Shown: positions 20,245 through 29,929 of the stretch, piece after piece
How positions within the stretch are numbered: position 1 is the stretch's first letter
How the letters are laid out: the number at the start of each line of letters is the position of its first letter
Translations under genes and position numbers: made by a program
IMG/VR virus record: IMGVR_UViG_3300015615_000629
Span: 224,001-288,000 of that record
Strand: one strand, 5' to 3'
Origin: a virus
Taxonomy: Duplodnaviria > Heunggongvirae > Uroviricota > Caudoviricetes
DNA length: 64,000 nucleotides
The notes under the pieces: model-generated
The model's input: only the letters and a program-made list of their open reading frames with translations
Databases searched by the model: none
What the model was told of the DNA's origin: nothing

Positions 20245-20933
20245 TAACCTCTCCTTAAAACAGGCATGCCAGAGTCATAATTGTCACTAAAACTAAGTTT
20301 GGGGCCGGCAGAAGGCGTTTTGCCCGATGCATCGAAGCCACCTATTAATGTTTTCGGAACATCCGGAAGAAAATGTTTATCCAACATTTTACGGGTTGTA
20401 CCACCATCGTCTGTAGTCGTGTATTGCACGCCCATCGGTCTGATTTCTTCTTTGTAAATTGGGTATCTTTTTCCAATGGTAAATTTATACCCTCTTCTTT
20501 TGTCCTCATGCACCAGAGCAGGTTCAATAGGATCATATATTTCATACCGAAGTGGAGAACCGCCATTCTGAGCTGGAGCCGCTGGGGTTGGTGTTGGGAT
20601 GGACGAAGGCAAGGCTGCCGCAACTGGAGGGGCGACTTCGGCTGGTGCGTCAACTACCGCTCCGTCGTCAAATCTAAATTTCTTATTCTTAATTACCAAG
20701 CCGTCTGCGGCTTCTTTATAACTCAATTTCTTTTTGGTAAATTCGTAGATTTCAACTTCCATCACCAAAATATTACGTCTGGCTAGTTGGGCCATAATCT
20801 TCCCTGCCACTACCGATAACTCGATATCATCCTCGGCAGAACCAACTTTAACCTTCTTGGTCTTAAGTTCCTCCTTGTTATATTCGCCCTTTTCGATTTC
20901 TTCATGATACTTAAAAATTATTTCAAAACCCAT
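20244..20933 (-). CDS. hypothetical protein (two domains, Pro/Ala linker)
   Basis: 229-aa ORF. Confidence 0.75.
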   Translation of the reverse strand: MGFEIIFKYHEEIEKGEYNKEELKTKKVKVGSAEDDIELSVVAGKIMAQLARRNILVMEVEIYEFTKKKLSYKEAADGLVIKNKKFRFDDGAVVDAPAEVAPPVAAALPSSIPTPTPAAPAQNGGSPLRYEIYDPIEPALVHEDKRRGYKFTIGKRYPIYKEEIRPMGVQYTTTDDGGTTRKMLDKHFLPDVPKTLIGGFDASGKTPSAGPKLSFSDNYDSGMPVLRRG

Positions 20934-20939
20934 ATTTCC

Positions 20940-21548
20940 TCATTTCTTGACAATTCCAGTGCCATACCTAGTAGGAACTATAACTACATCTCTGCTTTTA
21001 GTTTTACAGAAATCCGTAAATATCTGATTTCCCACAGACGACTTAACATGGTTAATTACAATATAACCATCCTCGGCAATATATTGCCAGATCAAATCTA
21101 GTCTCTGCCTTTCCTTGTCATATTTGTCTCCTAAGTTATTAAATAGACACAAATCCCACTTTTTCTCGCCCAAAATGGAATTAAATTGAGCATCCAAGTA
21201 ACCGCCAACATACAAATCAAACTTCTCTTTATAGACGGTTTTAATGTTTTTTCTGCCAAATATGTCTGGATAGTTCTCTTGCATCTCTTGAAATGCTAAG
21301 AAATTCTTGACACTTTTACATTGTTTCAGGAAACATGTGCTCAATAATCCCAAGTCAAAACCAATTTCCAATAGATTTGTAGGAGTTAAGTATTTCCCAA
21401 GATGAAAATAGAAAGGTGCATGGCGATTGTCTTTGTATTCAAGACTAGCCCTGCTATCGGGATTAGGTATGTTAAGATTGTCTAATAACATCCCAGATTT
21501 GATGAATTCGTTGGAAATATCTTTTTTTAAATTGTCTAGGAAATACAT
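20940..21548 (-). CDS. class I SAM methyltransferase-like protein (possibly degenerate)
   Basis: NLLEIGFDLG, WDL..., DGYIVI. Confidence 0.6.
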   Translation of the reverse strand: MYFLDNLKKDISNEFIKSGMLLDNLNIPNPDSRASLEYKDNRHAPFYFHLGKYLTPTNLLEIGFDLGLLSTCFLKQCKSVKNFLAFQEMQENYPDIFGRKNIKTVYKEKFDLYVGGYLDAQFNSILGEKKWDLCLFNNLGDKYDKERQRLDLIWQYIAEDGYIVINHVKSSVGNQIFTDFCKTKSRDVVIVPTRYGTGIVKK

Positions 21549-21564
21549 ATTTTTTGAAGATATA

Positions 21565-21606
21565 AAATAAAAAAGGAGGTTTAAAACACCAAGTTTTAAC
21601 CTCCTT
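21565..21606 (-). terminator. intrinsic terminator
   Basis: aaggaggttaaaac / gttttaaacctcctt hairpin followed by UUUUAUUUU on minus strand. Confidence 0.8.
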
Positions 21607-21761
21607 GTCTCAGACTCGGCAATCTGCCATTTACATTGAATTGTGGCTCAAACCATCCAATTCCCATATTTGCAATTTCTTGCGGATAAATGATGCCTTC
21701 TTATATGGACTTCCGGCAACACTTCAACACCACAAGTCGAAGAACAATGGCGTCCAAGACA
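21606..21761 (-). ncRNA. putative ~155-nt rod-like structured ncRNA (6S-like architecture)
   Basis: Nested pairings on minus strand: tgtcttggac/gtctgagaca, gccatt/aatggc, ttgtgg/ccacaa, ccatat/atatgg; no substantial ORF; terminator directly 3'. Confidence 0.55.
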
Positions 21762-21764
21762 CTA

Positions 21765-22250
21765 CTATTTAGTGTCTAATTCGTCAATATTTAAATCTTC
21801 TCTATTGTGATATAACTCAATATTAAACTTCTCCATTTCCTTTCTTAACGTATAAGAACGTGAAATGGCATTCTGATAACCTTTATCCCAAGCCCTCATG
21901 TGATTCTTTACTTTATTTACCAACTTGTCCAACTCCAACATTTTGCCTCTTGCCTGTTGAACCGCTGGATCAACTCTGGCTCGTGATTCCGCAAACTTAT
22001 CAGAACCACCTTCTTCCTTAGATGAAATAAACTTTGAATCAAATGTGTCTTTATACGCAAACTCGGCTTCTTTGTAAGCGTGCTCTAAATCAGCCAGTAA
22101 AGCACCAAAATAGTCATACCACAGATGCATCTCTTGTTGAAATCTGCCTAACGTAGCCTCATCAAAAAAGATACGATTGCGGTCTAAAACTACTTCTCTG
22201 CCGTCTATTGTAAAACTTTCCTTAGAAAGGATTTCGTCTATATCACTCAT
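21765..22250 (-). CDS. UvsY-like recombination mediator
   Basis: Helical coiled-coil protein of UvsY size next to helicase; F.E..L..F...WY.Y...E.RA..D. Confidence 0.6.
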   Translation of the reverse strand: MSDIDEILSKESFTIDGREVVLDRNRIFFDEATLGRFQQEMHLWYDYFGALLADLEHAYKEAEFAYKDTFDSKFISSKEEGGSDKFAESRARVDPAVQQARGKMLELDKLVNKVKNHMRAWDKGYQNAISRSYTLRKEMEKFNIELYHNREDLNIDELDTK

Positions 22251-23790
22251 TATCTTCCTTTGCTGCATCTAATAACTTTTTTCTGTCTTTCTCTTTAATC
22301 TTGTCTAGACTTCCTTCCATAAGGAGTTTAGCTGTGTCTGTAGTAGCTCGTTCTTTCTTATAATGTAAATACTTGGTTAATCTAGTAGAATATTCCTCCT
22401 CTGAAATTTCCATAAATTTCAACTTCCTATAATCAACAGATGCAAAAAATAGAAATCTACTTTTTCCAGCACGATGTTTAATTACAAATATTCTTGCTAA
22501 TCCACATGCTTTTTCATTATCATTCTGGTTAATCGACCAACAGCCATCTAAGGGTTTAATCTGCCCATAAGCATCACCTAGATTCTGATCATCTATAACT
22601 CCAATTTCCTGAGCATTTCTACCAGAACGATTAGGTTGTAAAGCACTTAAGCCACAAAATTGCTCTTCTACTGCCAGCCCTCTTAAGTCTCTTAAAATAC
22701 GGAATCGAGACTCCCAAACAGCAATATCAGGAGCATCTAACATTTCTCCTACGTAGTCAATAATAACCAAATCCGGTTTGAATCCACGCAAGGTTAATTG
22801 CGAATAATAGGCACGAAACATATTAATGTCCATCGTGCCGCCAGGAAATTGCTTAATTACCAACAATCTCTTATCTTCAAACTCAGAAACATAATCATTA
22901 ATTGCTTGTTCTACGACGAATTGGTTGTCCAACAACATAGAAGGCTCAATGTTGTATTGATTGGTAGGATCAACCAATTCAGCATCAAAACGCTCGGCAA
23001 GAGAATCTTGGTCTAATTCCAAGGTAACATATAATACCTTCTTGCCACGGTTTAAATTGGCAATAGCGGCACATTTGAGCATCAAAGACTTACCAGTTCC
23101 AGATAAACCTATCCAACAGCCAATTTCGCCTCTGGTTAAACCGCCCATTTGGAGTGAGTTATTGACAGATGGGAACACCATCGTAAAGATGTCGCCCGTC
23201 TCCATTAAGGCTTTTCTTCGCTCGTATCGCTCAGAAACATCCTGAAAATATTCTAAACCTATATCGAAATTGCGATCAACACGCATTGCCTGCTGTAACC
23301 GATCATTCACCTTCGCCCAAACAGCATCATCTGTAGAACCATTTATTAATCTGGCACATTCGAGAAAAGCCGTTCGTAACTCTTGCTTCTTGGCAAAGGT
23401 AGTTATTTTATCGAGCAAATAATCCCTGGTGCCTACCCCAGGAACATAATACTCATAACAAGCACTTATTTCAGTAAAATACCTAAGCCTTTCTTCAAGA
23501 CTCTTGCTAGATAACTTTTCCTGAATTTCCTGCTTTAGTTGAACCTTATCAGGTAAATTCCCGTACTTTTCAAAGAACTTGAAAAGTATTTCAGATGTTA
23601 ATTTATGAATTTCATTTTTGAAATATTTCGGTTTTATAAGTCCATCACTTTGAATGATAAACATCCTGTCTCTCATTAACAAACCTATTATTTCCCTCTG
23701 TAGGTCTGTTTCAAACTCATAAAACTTATCAGTCTCGTCACTTGGTTGTAACGAATTCAAAATATCTTGTTCATCTTTGCTTAGAGTCAT
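22243..23790 (-). CDS. DnaB/gp41-like replicative helicase
   Basis: GGLTRGE..GLSGTGKS, VLYVTLE, IIDY, SALQPNR, KHR. Confidence 0.9.
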   Translation of the reverse strand: MTLSKDEQDILNSLQPSDETDKFYEFETDLQREIIGLLMRDRMFIIQSDGLIKPKYFKNEIHKLTSEILFKFFEKYGNLPDKVQLKQEIQEKLSSKSLEERLRYFTEISACYEYYVPGVGTRDYLLDKITTFAKKQELRTAFLECARLINGSTDDAVWAKVNDRLQQAMRVDRNFDIGLEYFQDVSERYERRKALMETGDIFTMVFPSVNNSLQMGGLTRGEIGCWIGLSGTGKSLMLKCAAIANLNRGKKVLYVTLELDQDSLAERFDAELVDPTNQYNIEPSMLLDNQFVVEQAINDYVSEFEDKRLLVIKQFPGGTMDINMFRAYYSQLTLRGFKPDLVIIDYVGEMLDAPDIAVWESRFRILRDLRGLAVEEQFCGLSALQPNRSGRNAQEIGVIDDQNLGDAYGQIKPLDGCWSINQNDNEKACGLARIFVIKHRAGKSRFLFFASVDYRKLKFMEISEEEYSTRLTKYLHYKKERATTDTAKLLMEGSLDKIKEKDRKKLLDAAKEDNE

Positions 23791-23999
23791 GAATTATCCG
23801 AATCTCTTTCAAATTGCTCCCGAACGAATTTTAAACATTCTTGCACTCTTTTCTGGCGTTCTCGAAGCATTATTCTTTGTGCCTCTGCTTCAGGCTCAGC
23901 ATACCAGAATAATAATCCTTGTTTACCAAAATCTACAATGTCTCCAGGCTGTATAACTATGTCGTTGTCATTGTCATCAAACTTTATTCTTATTTTCAT
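23787..23999 (-). CDS. hypothetical protein
   Basis: 70-aa ORF with overlaps on both sides. Confidence 0.6.
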   Translation of the reverse strand: MKIRIKFDDNDNDIVIQPGDIVDFGKQGLLFWYAEPEAEAQRIMLRERQKRVQECLKFVREQFERDSDNS

Positions 24000-24553
24000 A
24001 ATTCCGCCAAATAATCGTATTCAGAAAGGCTTACCATGCCGTGTCTTACAGACTTTTCCCTGGTTACTTTCTTTCCAAGGGCTTTTTGAGCATTCCAAAC
24101 TATTGTTTTACAATAAGTGTTGAATTTATTATCAATCTTTAACTTGGCGTCCTTCTCAGGTCTGTTTTCTTTAGGAATAAACCGCTTGGTTAATCTTTCC
24201 AGCAAATTCTCTTGATGCACGCCAAATTTCTGCTTGTTTGCTCCATGCCTTGTCTTGTTTGCCCAAAGCTCTTTCAAATCTTTTAAAAGCATCAAGCAAA
24301 ACTTATCTTTGATGTGTTTTCCACATAAATGCAAACACCTTTCAAGATAAACTTGTCTCTTATGATAAGAACATGCTCTCATTAACGCAATGCGTAAATC
24401 TTGAGTAATATCCTCTTCTTCTAACATGCTGTTGTTATTGTTGTTACGTTTAATCAACTGCCACGAAGAGAAGTGACACAAATTACCATATTTTTTCTCT
24501 AAAATCACGAATTCCTCTGTAGAAACAGGGAAATCTTTAAAAACATCTTGCAT
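23996..24553 (-). CDS. sigma-factor region-2-like protein (no region 4)
   Basis: EEEDITQDLRIALMRA and KFNTYCKTIVWNA resemble sigma region 2.2-2.4. Confidence 0.5.
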   Translation of the reverse strand: MQDVFKDFPVSTEEFVILEKKYGNLCHFSSWQLIKRNNNNNSMLEEEDITQDLRIALMRACSYHKRQVYLERCLHLCGKHIKDKFCLMLLKDLKELWANKTRHGANKQKFGVHQENLLERLTKRFIPKENRPEKDAKLKIDNKFNTYCKTIVWNAQKALGKKVTREKSVRHGMVSLSEYDYLAEL

Positions 24554-24562
24554 TATATCCTT

Positions 24563-25453
24563 TCAGCCATAGTAAAGCCTTTGCCTCGCTACATTACAAA
24601 ATTCCTCGGATTTTTCGATACAAATAAAGTTACGATTAATTCTTTTACAGGCTACACCAGTAGTCCCACTACCAGCAAAACCATCCAATACCAAGCCTTC
24701 CTCTGGACACAGACACGAAACAACGTGTTCCAATACAGATAAAGGCTTTTGCGAAGGATGAACCATTACTTCATTTTTATCACTCACAACATAAGTGTCG
24801 TGCTTGTATTCATAATCTTTTCTGTTTGAGTCCTTTGCGGGCTCTCTAGTAAGCAATATGTCAAAGGTGTCGTCTAATTTCAAAATTTCTTTCAACGGCT
24901 TGTAAAATCTCGGCGTTGGCAAGCACCAAGCAGGATCACCAACTCTTGTCCATTTCATGACGAGTCTTGAATCGCAATTTAATTTCTTGGCTAATTCGCT
25001 TTTTGACAAACCAGATTTAATTAAATATTCACTTAAATAAGCGACTAATTCCGAATGAAATTCAGTAGGTTGTTTAGGTAGGTATTTTTGTCCGATAACT
25101 ATGGCTTGAGTTCTGGGAAGCCAGCCTAAGTATGGACGGGCATTGCCTTTAGGTAGGTACATCGATAAAGTTCGACGATACATGAATCCATTAGAACGTA
25201 AAGTATCTATACATACATCTAAGTTTCTCATCGTCCAAAAAATAGCAATATGGCCATTTCTTTTAATTTTAGGCTCAATCAGACGAAGAAAATTAACCAA
25301 AAGAGACTCGGCTTCATAAATATTACCGTCCCCATCATAACACATTCCCTCCCCATATGGCGGGTCAATAACAACGGCATCTAAACCTTCATCTGGTATT
25401 TCTTTAACTATTTCTAAACAATCACCTTGGGTAATTTCATTTATCATTATCAT
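24563..25453 (-). CDS. N4/N6 DNA methyltransferase (beta class) with inserted XRE-type HTH
   Basis: IDPPY, HPSQKP, VLDGFAGSGTT; internal GLSKSELAKKLNCDSRLVMKW HTH. Confidence 0.88.
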   Translation of the reverse strand: MIMINEITQGDCLEIVKEIPDEGLDAVVIDPPYGEGMCYDGDGNIYEAESLLVNFLRLIEPKIKRNGHIAIFWTMRNLDVCIDTLRSNGFMYRRTLSMYLPKGNARPYLGWLPRTQAIVIGQKYLPKQPTEFHSELVAYLSEYLIKSGLSKSELAKKLNCDSRLVMKWTRVGDPAWCLPTPRFYKPLKEILKLDDTFDILLTREPAKDSNRKDYEYKHDTYVVSDKNEVMVHPSQKPLSVLEHVVSCLCPEEGLVLDGFAGSGTTGVACKRINRNFICIEKSEEFCNVARQRLYYG

Positions 25454-28230
25454 TTCCCAAAGTTATCGGCCCATATTGTATAATCTAAACCATCTACGAC
25501 TCCATCGCCGTTGAAATCTCCACTTAAATTTTTCTTTAAAGTGGTCTTCCCAAAATTATCGGCCCATATTGTATAATCTAAACCATCTATAATTCCGTCT
25601 AAGTTGGCATCCCCTTTTGGAGTTCCCATGTTTGAAAAATTACCCCAAATTAAAAATGAAGTCTTATACGTCTGTCCGCCGAAAGTGTAATTTCTCGTAA
25701 AGATATTTAATCCAGGCACCAACTTAACATTTTCCGTCCAAGTAGATATCACACCCGGCTCATAATATGTAAGTTTAGCACGATAAGTCAAAGTATAATT
25801 AGAAACAGTGCTAATCATCGAACCCATGTTCCAGGCGGTAGGTAATTGAGACGAAATAGGAGCTACAGAACCAATAATACCCGTCATTTTTGTTGTGACA
25901 GGAGGTAAAATGTTACCAAAAGAAACTCCATATTTGTCATAAGCGACCTGATTTGTAATTCCAAGAATAGGTATTATAAAATTGGCATTTTGAGAGTCAT
26001 AATATATTTGAAAATCCTGACCTGTTTTATTGTAGTCGTAAACTCTTACATCTGTTTTATTTCTAAAATATCTGATCAATCCAATCATATCATTAGTGTT
26101 TATCAACTGTGCTAAATGATTTGGAGATTGAGTTAAAAAATCTTGCAAATATATGTTTTGATGAGGAACATTAACACTACTCAAGGTTCCAAACTTAGTG
26201 CTAACTATATTTACCTGAACACCAGGAACAGGAGCCGTAGGAATGTAAATATCTCTAAAATTATTCAAAGTGCTGTCTATAACATCAGCCCCACCCGAGC
26301 CAAGAAAAACTCCTACATCAAATCCTCGAATTTCTGTATTTACCACCCTGATAACTCCGGTAGCACCACCAGGATTCCCATCCACACCTAAACTTCTTGT
26401 ATAATTAGGCTCACTTTGTCTTTTGGGAAGTTTGTTAACACTTACGCCCAAATCATACGGACCAATTATTGTAGAATTTGACAATGTTTGATTAAGATTT
26501 CTTTCAACTAACAACGGAGAAGAATAATAAAACAAAAATCCTACGTCTTGCAATCCTCTAATTTTTACATTAAATCGATCCGCAGACCAGTTGCCCGCAT
26601 TGCTGTAATAACTAATGAACCCAGTACCTAAACTAACATCTGCAAAATTATCATGAAAACTGACAATCCGCTGGCTTGAAGGATTAAATGGTAAGTAATT
26701 TAAAACATTAGATTGAACGCCAGTTATGTAAGATAAATCTTGACCATTTACTTCGTGTAATTTCAAGCCTTCTTTGCCAAAAAGCCAATAACTAAACCCT
26801 TCACGCCTATATGAACCCGCTGCTACGTTTCCATATACATTCAACAAAGGAGATGCAAACCAATATCCAAAACCGCCATGTCCAAAACTATTGTTTAATC
26901 TCTCTTGTGGCAATGCATTTACGATAGTTACATCATTTACTCCAGAACCACCATTTGTGCCTATTACCAAATTATAAGATATTATGCCAGTTTCTGTCCC
27001 ATCTTCCGATGCTATTCCAGAACCACCAACAGACGCCACAACATTTTTTGTTATTGTGCCATATGTCTGGTGTAAAGCGATTCCCCATTTTAAATTATTG
27101 CCCTTGATGCCGCCATCTATGGCATTCCCTTCAAATATAAATGCATTTTCTAAATGATGTGCATGTAAAGCATATCGACCACGTTGATTAGTTCCTATGC
27201 TAATTAAATTTCCTGCTAAATCAAACTTAGTATCATTAACTGCTTTAGCCTCTGTTCTGCCCATATTAACGAAAGCAGCATATTTAACAGAAACTTCCGC
27301 ACTACCAGCAAACAAAGCATGTCCTTGAGAACCGGCTGCGGAACTAAATGTAACATTTCTAGTTAAATTACCAATATATCCTTCTTTATCATGTTCATAA
27401 GTTAATGGGGAATTTAACGTTACCGTATTATCATTTATTTCAGTTATAAATCGTCTCTCATCTTGTCTTTTATATGTCTGAGTAGTAGAGCCGACCTGAG
27501 TATCGGCAAAAAATAATTCATCTCCAACTGCCCAGTTTGTAATATCTTTGACGGATATTGTATTAACACCAACAACGGCTTTAGAATTTAAATAACTAAA
27601 TGTTGATGCTAATTCCGCTCCTTCTATATGAACATGCCCACCAATAGCCACCAATCCTATAGAACTTTGCGATGGATCTTCCGTTAAATTAAGCACACCA
27701 TCAAAAACAACATTAGTTTTAACATTTCTATTGTGATTTTCTATTTTTAAATGACCACCATCATAAACCATGATAGTGCCTAAATGAAGTTCTGTATTTT
27801 TGGTTGAATCAAATTCTAGCTCGCCCTTAACTCCTATTGTCTTTACAAAACTATAATCACTATCGTAAATTACCGTAGAGCCAACAGGGATCAAAACAAC
27901 ACTATTTTGGTCTAATTGATTCTCCCAATCAGACCAATTTGAAATTCCAAGCGGAGCAACAAAAGTAGGATTAGCTGCCGCGTCCGTGATCCAATCAGTC
28001 CCTGTGTCGGCGGGATGTTGCACGCCAAATCGAGGAAGTTGTCCAGTAGAAGAATCAGGAACAAAATAAATAAAATCAGAATGATCATGTTGAACTGTTA
28101 ATTGATCGTGTTGTGCCGTTGTAAACAAAACCGCATCTGGATTTTGAAGTGGAGCAACCATTGCAGATGCAGACATACATATCTTTTTTTCTAATCTCTC
28201 TATGGACAAGTTTTTTATATTTTTTCTCAT
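25450..28230 (-). CDS. secreted G8-domain/beta-helix protein with Planctomycete-type N-terminal motif and C-terminal dockerin-like repeats
   Basis: LSIERLEKKICMSA; G8-like V.IP.G..V.YD..G.L; GRYALHAH; two GD.N.DG.VDGLDYTIWADNFG repeats. Confidence 0.8.
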   Translation of the reverse strand: MRKNIKNLSIERLEKKICMSASAMVAPLQNPDAVLFTTAQHDQLTVQHDHSDFIYFVPDSSTGQLPRFGVQHPADTGTDWITDAAANPTFVAPLGISNWSDWENQLDQNSVVLIPVGSTVIYDSDYSFVKTIGVKGELEFDSTKNTELHLGTIMVYDGGHLKIENHNRNVKTNVVFDGVLNLTEDPSQSSIGLVAIGGHVHIEGAELASTFSYLNSKAVVGVNTISVKDITNWAVGDELFFADTQVGSTTQTYKRQDERRFITEINDNTVTLNSPLTYEHDKEGYIGNLTRNVTFSSAAGSQGHALFAGSAEVSVKYAAFVNMGRTEAKAVNDTKFDLAGNLISIGTNQRGRYALHAHHLENAFIFEGNAIDGGIKGNNLKWGIALHQTYGTITKNVVASVGGSGIASEDGTETGIISYNLVIGTNGGSGVNDVTIVNALPQERLNNSFGHGGFGYWFASPLLNVYGNVAAGSYRREGFSYWLFGKEGLKLHEVNGQDLSYITGVQSNVLNYLPFNPSSQRIVSFHDNFADVSLGTGFISYYSNAGNWSADRFNVKIRGLQDVGFLFYYSSPLLVERNLNQTLSNSTIIGPYDLGVSVNKLPKRQSEPNYTRSLGVDGNPGGATGVIRVVNTEIRGFDVGVFLGSGGADVIDSTLNNFRDIYIPTAPVPGVQVNIVSTKFGTLSSVNVPHQNIYLQDFLTQSPNHLAQLINTNDMIGLIRYFRNKTDVRVYDYNKTGQDFQIYYDSQNANFIIPILGITNQVAYDKYGVSFGNILPPVTTKMTGIIGSVAPISSQLPTAWNMGSMISTVSNYTLTYRAKLTYYEPGVISTWTENVKLVPGLNIFTRNYTFGGQTYKTSFLIWGNFSNMGTPKGDANLDGIIDGLDYTIWADNFGKTTLKKNLSGDFNGDGVVDGLDYTIWADNFGK

Positions 28231-28237
28231 TTTATCC

Positions 28238-29443
28238 TCAATAATTAATAAACAACTTTAAACCGTCATGAAACTCTTCATTACATTCCAATATCTTCTG
28301 GATACTTCTCTTAACGTGTCTTTCCCTGGAGTCTACCCCCAGAAGATATCCATCGTGGATGTGACCAACAATGTCACAACCCTTGGGGAGATTATCGTAT
28401 AATTTAATTAATTTGTAAAGACATATTATCGCCGCTGGAGCCTGAATTACAAAATTTCTACTTTTATACTCTTTTCCATCCTCAAACTGCCTAACCCTCC
28501 CAAAATAATCCGTATTTCCAGAATTCTTCACAAAATCAAATGCAGCAGGAAATAACTTCTTTATATTGTTCGATAACCTAGTAGCTGACTCTACAGAGAC
28601 ATTTAATCGCTCTGCAACCGACTTAATCCCCTGCCCATACACCATCGGTAAAAAGATGGACTTACACTTCTCTCTATGAACAGCTGTCGGCTCAACCCCT
28701 GTCGAATACTTCCATATACTCGAAAATACGTCCTGTCCGGAATCTAGAATTTTCCCAAGATTCTTGTCACCCGACAGCCATTGTAATACACAAACTTCAT
28801 GGCTTTTGTAGTCAAATAAACAAAACTCTCGCTCATAAGAGGCTGGCCCTAAAGCCGCTTTATCTTCTGAGGAAAGTGTATGCGGATTAAAAGAATACTT
28901 AAAAGACTTATGGCACTTCAATCGCCCATTCGTCTGCCCTTCTATATCATAACAAGAATAAACCTGTTTTTTAAGGACTTGATTGGTGACTCCCAACGTT
29001 TCAATAGTGGGAATGACCCTTGTTATCAAGGGAAGATGAACCTCCTGATATATTTTGTTTGCCTTTCCAAGGGCTTTAAGACGCTCAAATGCCTCTCTAT
29101 AATTACTCGGACGTACTTTGCTGATTCCGGAAAAACCTTCTAAGACTTTGATGTCAAACAGTTTATTGGGAGAATTAGGAAGGATTCCAGTCCTAGATTT
29201 GATAAAAGACAGGAGAGATTTGAAATTCCAAGAGAGAACAGGTCTGTCTAAAGAAAATAGACAATCTAATGCCCCGATTAGATTGTCTATTGGACCTGTT
29301 AATGGAAATTCTACCTTAACATCCCTGTCTTCTAATACTAAGACAGCAGGCTTGCTAAGATCAGTGAAATCAGGGACTTCCGGCTCACAATACACATACA
29401 AATTCTTGTCATAAAGACAAGTTAGAGCCGCAAAAAAGTCCAT
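28238..29443 (-). CDS. compact family A DNA polymerase-like protein
   Basis: TNGRL, motif A FDYKSHE, motif B R..CK....MVYG, RNF.IQ..AA, motif C HIHDG. Confidence 0.85.
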   Translation of the reverse strand: MDFFAALTCLYDKNLYVYCEPEVPDFTDLSKPAVLVLEDRDVKVEFPLTGPIDNLIGALDCLFSLDRPVLSWNFKSLLSFIKSRTGILPNSPNKLFDIKVLEGFSGISKVRPSNYREAFERLKALGKANKIYQEVHLPLITRVIPTIETLGVTNQVLKKQVYSCYDIEGQTNGRLKCHKSFKYSFNPHTLSSEDKAALGPASYEREFCLFDYKSHEVCVLQWLSGDKNLGKILDSGQDVFSSIWKYSTGVEPTAVHREKCKSIFLPMVYGQGIKSVAERLNVSVESATRLSNNIKKLFPAAFDFVKNSGNTDYFGRVRQFEDGKEYKSRNFVIQAPAAIICLYKLIKLYDNLPKGCDIVGHIHDGYLLGVDSRERHVKRSIQKILECNEEFHDGLKLFINY

Positions 29444-29464
29444 TGTTAGAATATAGACTAAACG

Positions 29465-29929
29465 CTATCGAATTGGAATAGTGACCGAAAAATTATGTGA
29501 ATCTAGTTTCCAATTCGGCCCAGGATCGTTTATCTTCCAGCCTTTTACGCCAGACAACATCAAAGGAATAATCACCTTCAAATTTGGCTGCAAGTTGGGC
29601 GAATCTTTTATATCGATAAACCATTCCCAAAAAACAGGCTCAGTTGTATCTAAATTCTTCAACGGCAAGTAGAATTCAACATGTGATCTAATGCAATGAA
29701 CCTGCCCCCAATCCCCGTAAATTAACCCCATTTCCTCTTCGTAACAAGAAGTTAAACCGGTTTCTTCCTTTATCTCCCTAATAGCTGCGGGAATTGGTTC
29801 TTCTCCAGGTTCAATATGTCCGCCAATTAAATTAATCTTTCCCTTTTGAAATTCCGGTCTATCCTTGACAATAAAGATCATCTTGTCGCTATTGAACGGC
29901 GTCACTAGACACAACACATACTTCTTCAT
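29465..29929 (-). CDS. NUDIX hydrolase
   Basis: GGHIEPGEEPIPAAIREIKEETGL Nudix box. Confidence 0.92.
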   Translation of the reverse strand: MKKYVLCLVTPFNSDKMIFIVKDRPEFQKGKINLIGGHIEPGEEPIPAAIREIKEETGLTSCYEEEMGLIYGDWGQVHCIRSHVEFYLPLKNLDTTEPVFWEWFIDIKDSPNLQPNLKVIIPLMLSGVKGWKINDPGPNWKLDSHNFSVTIPIR

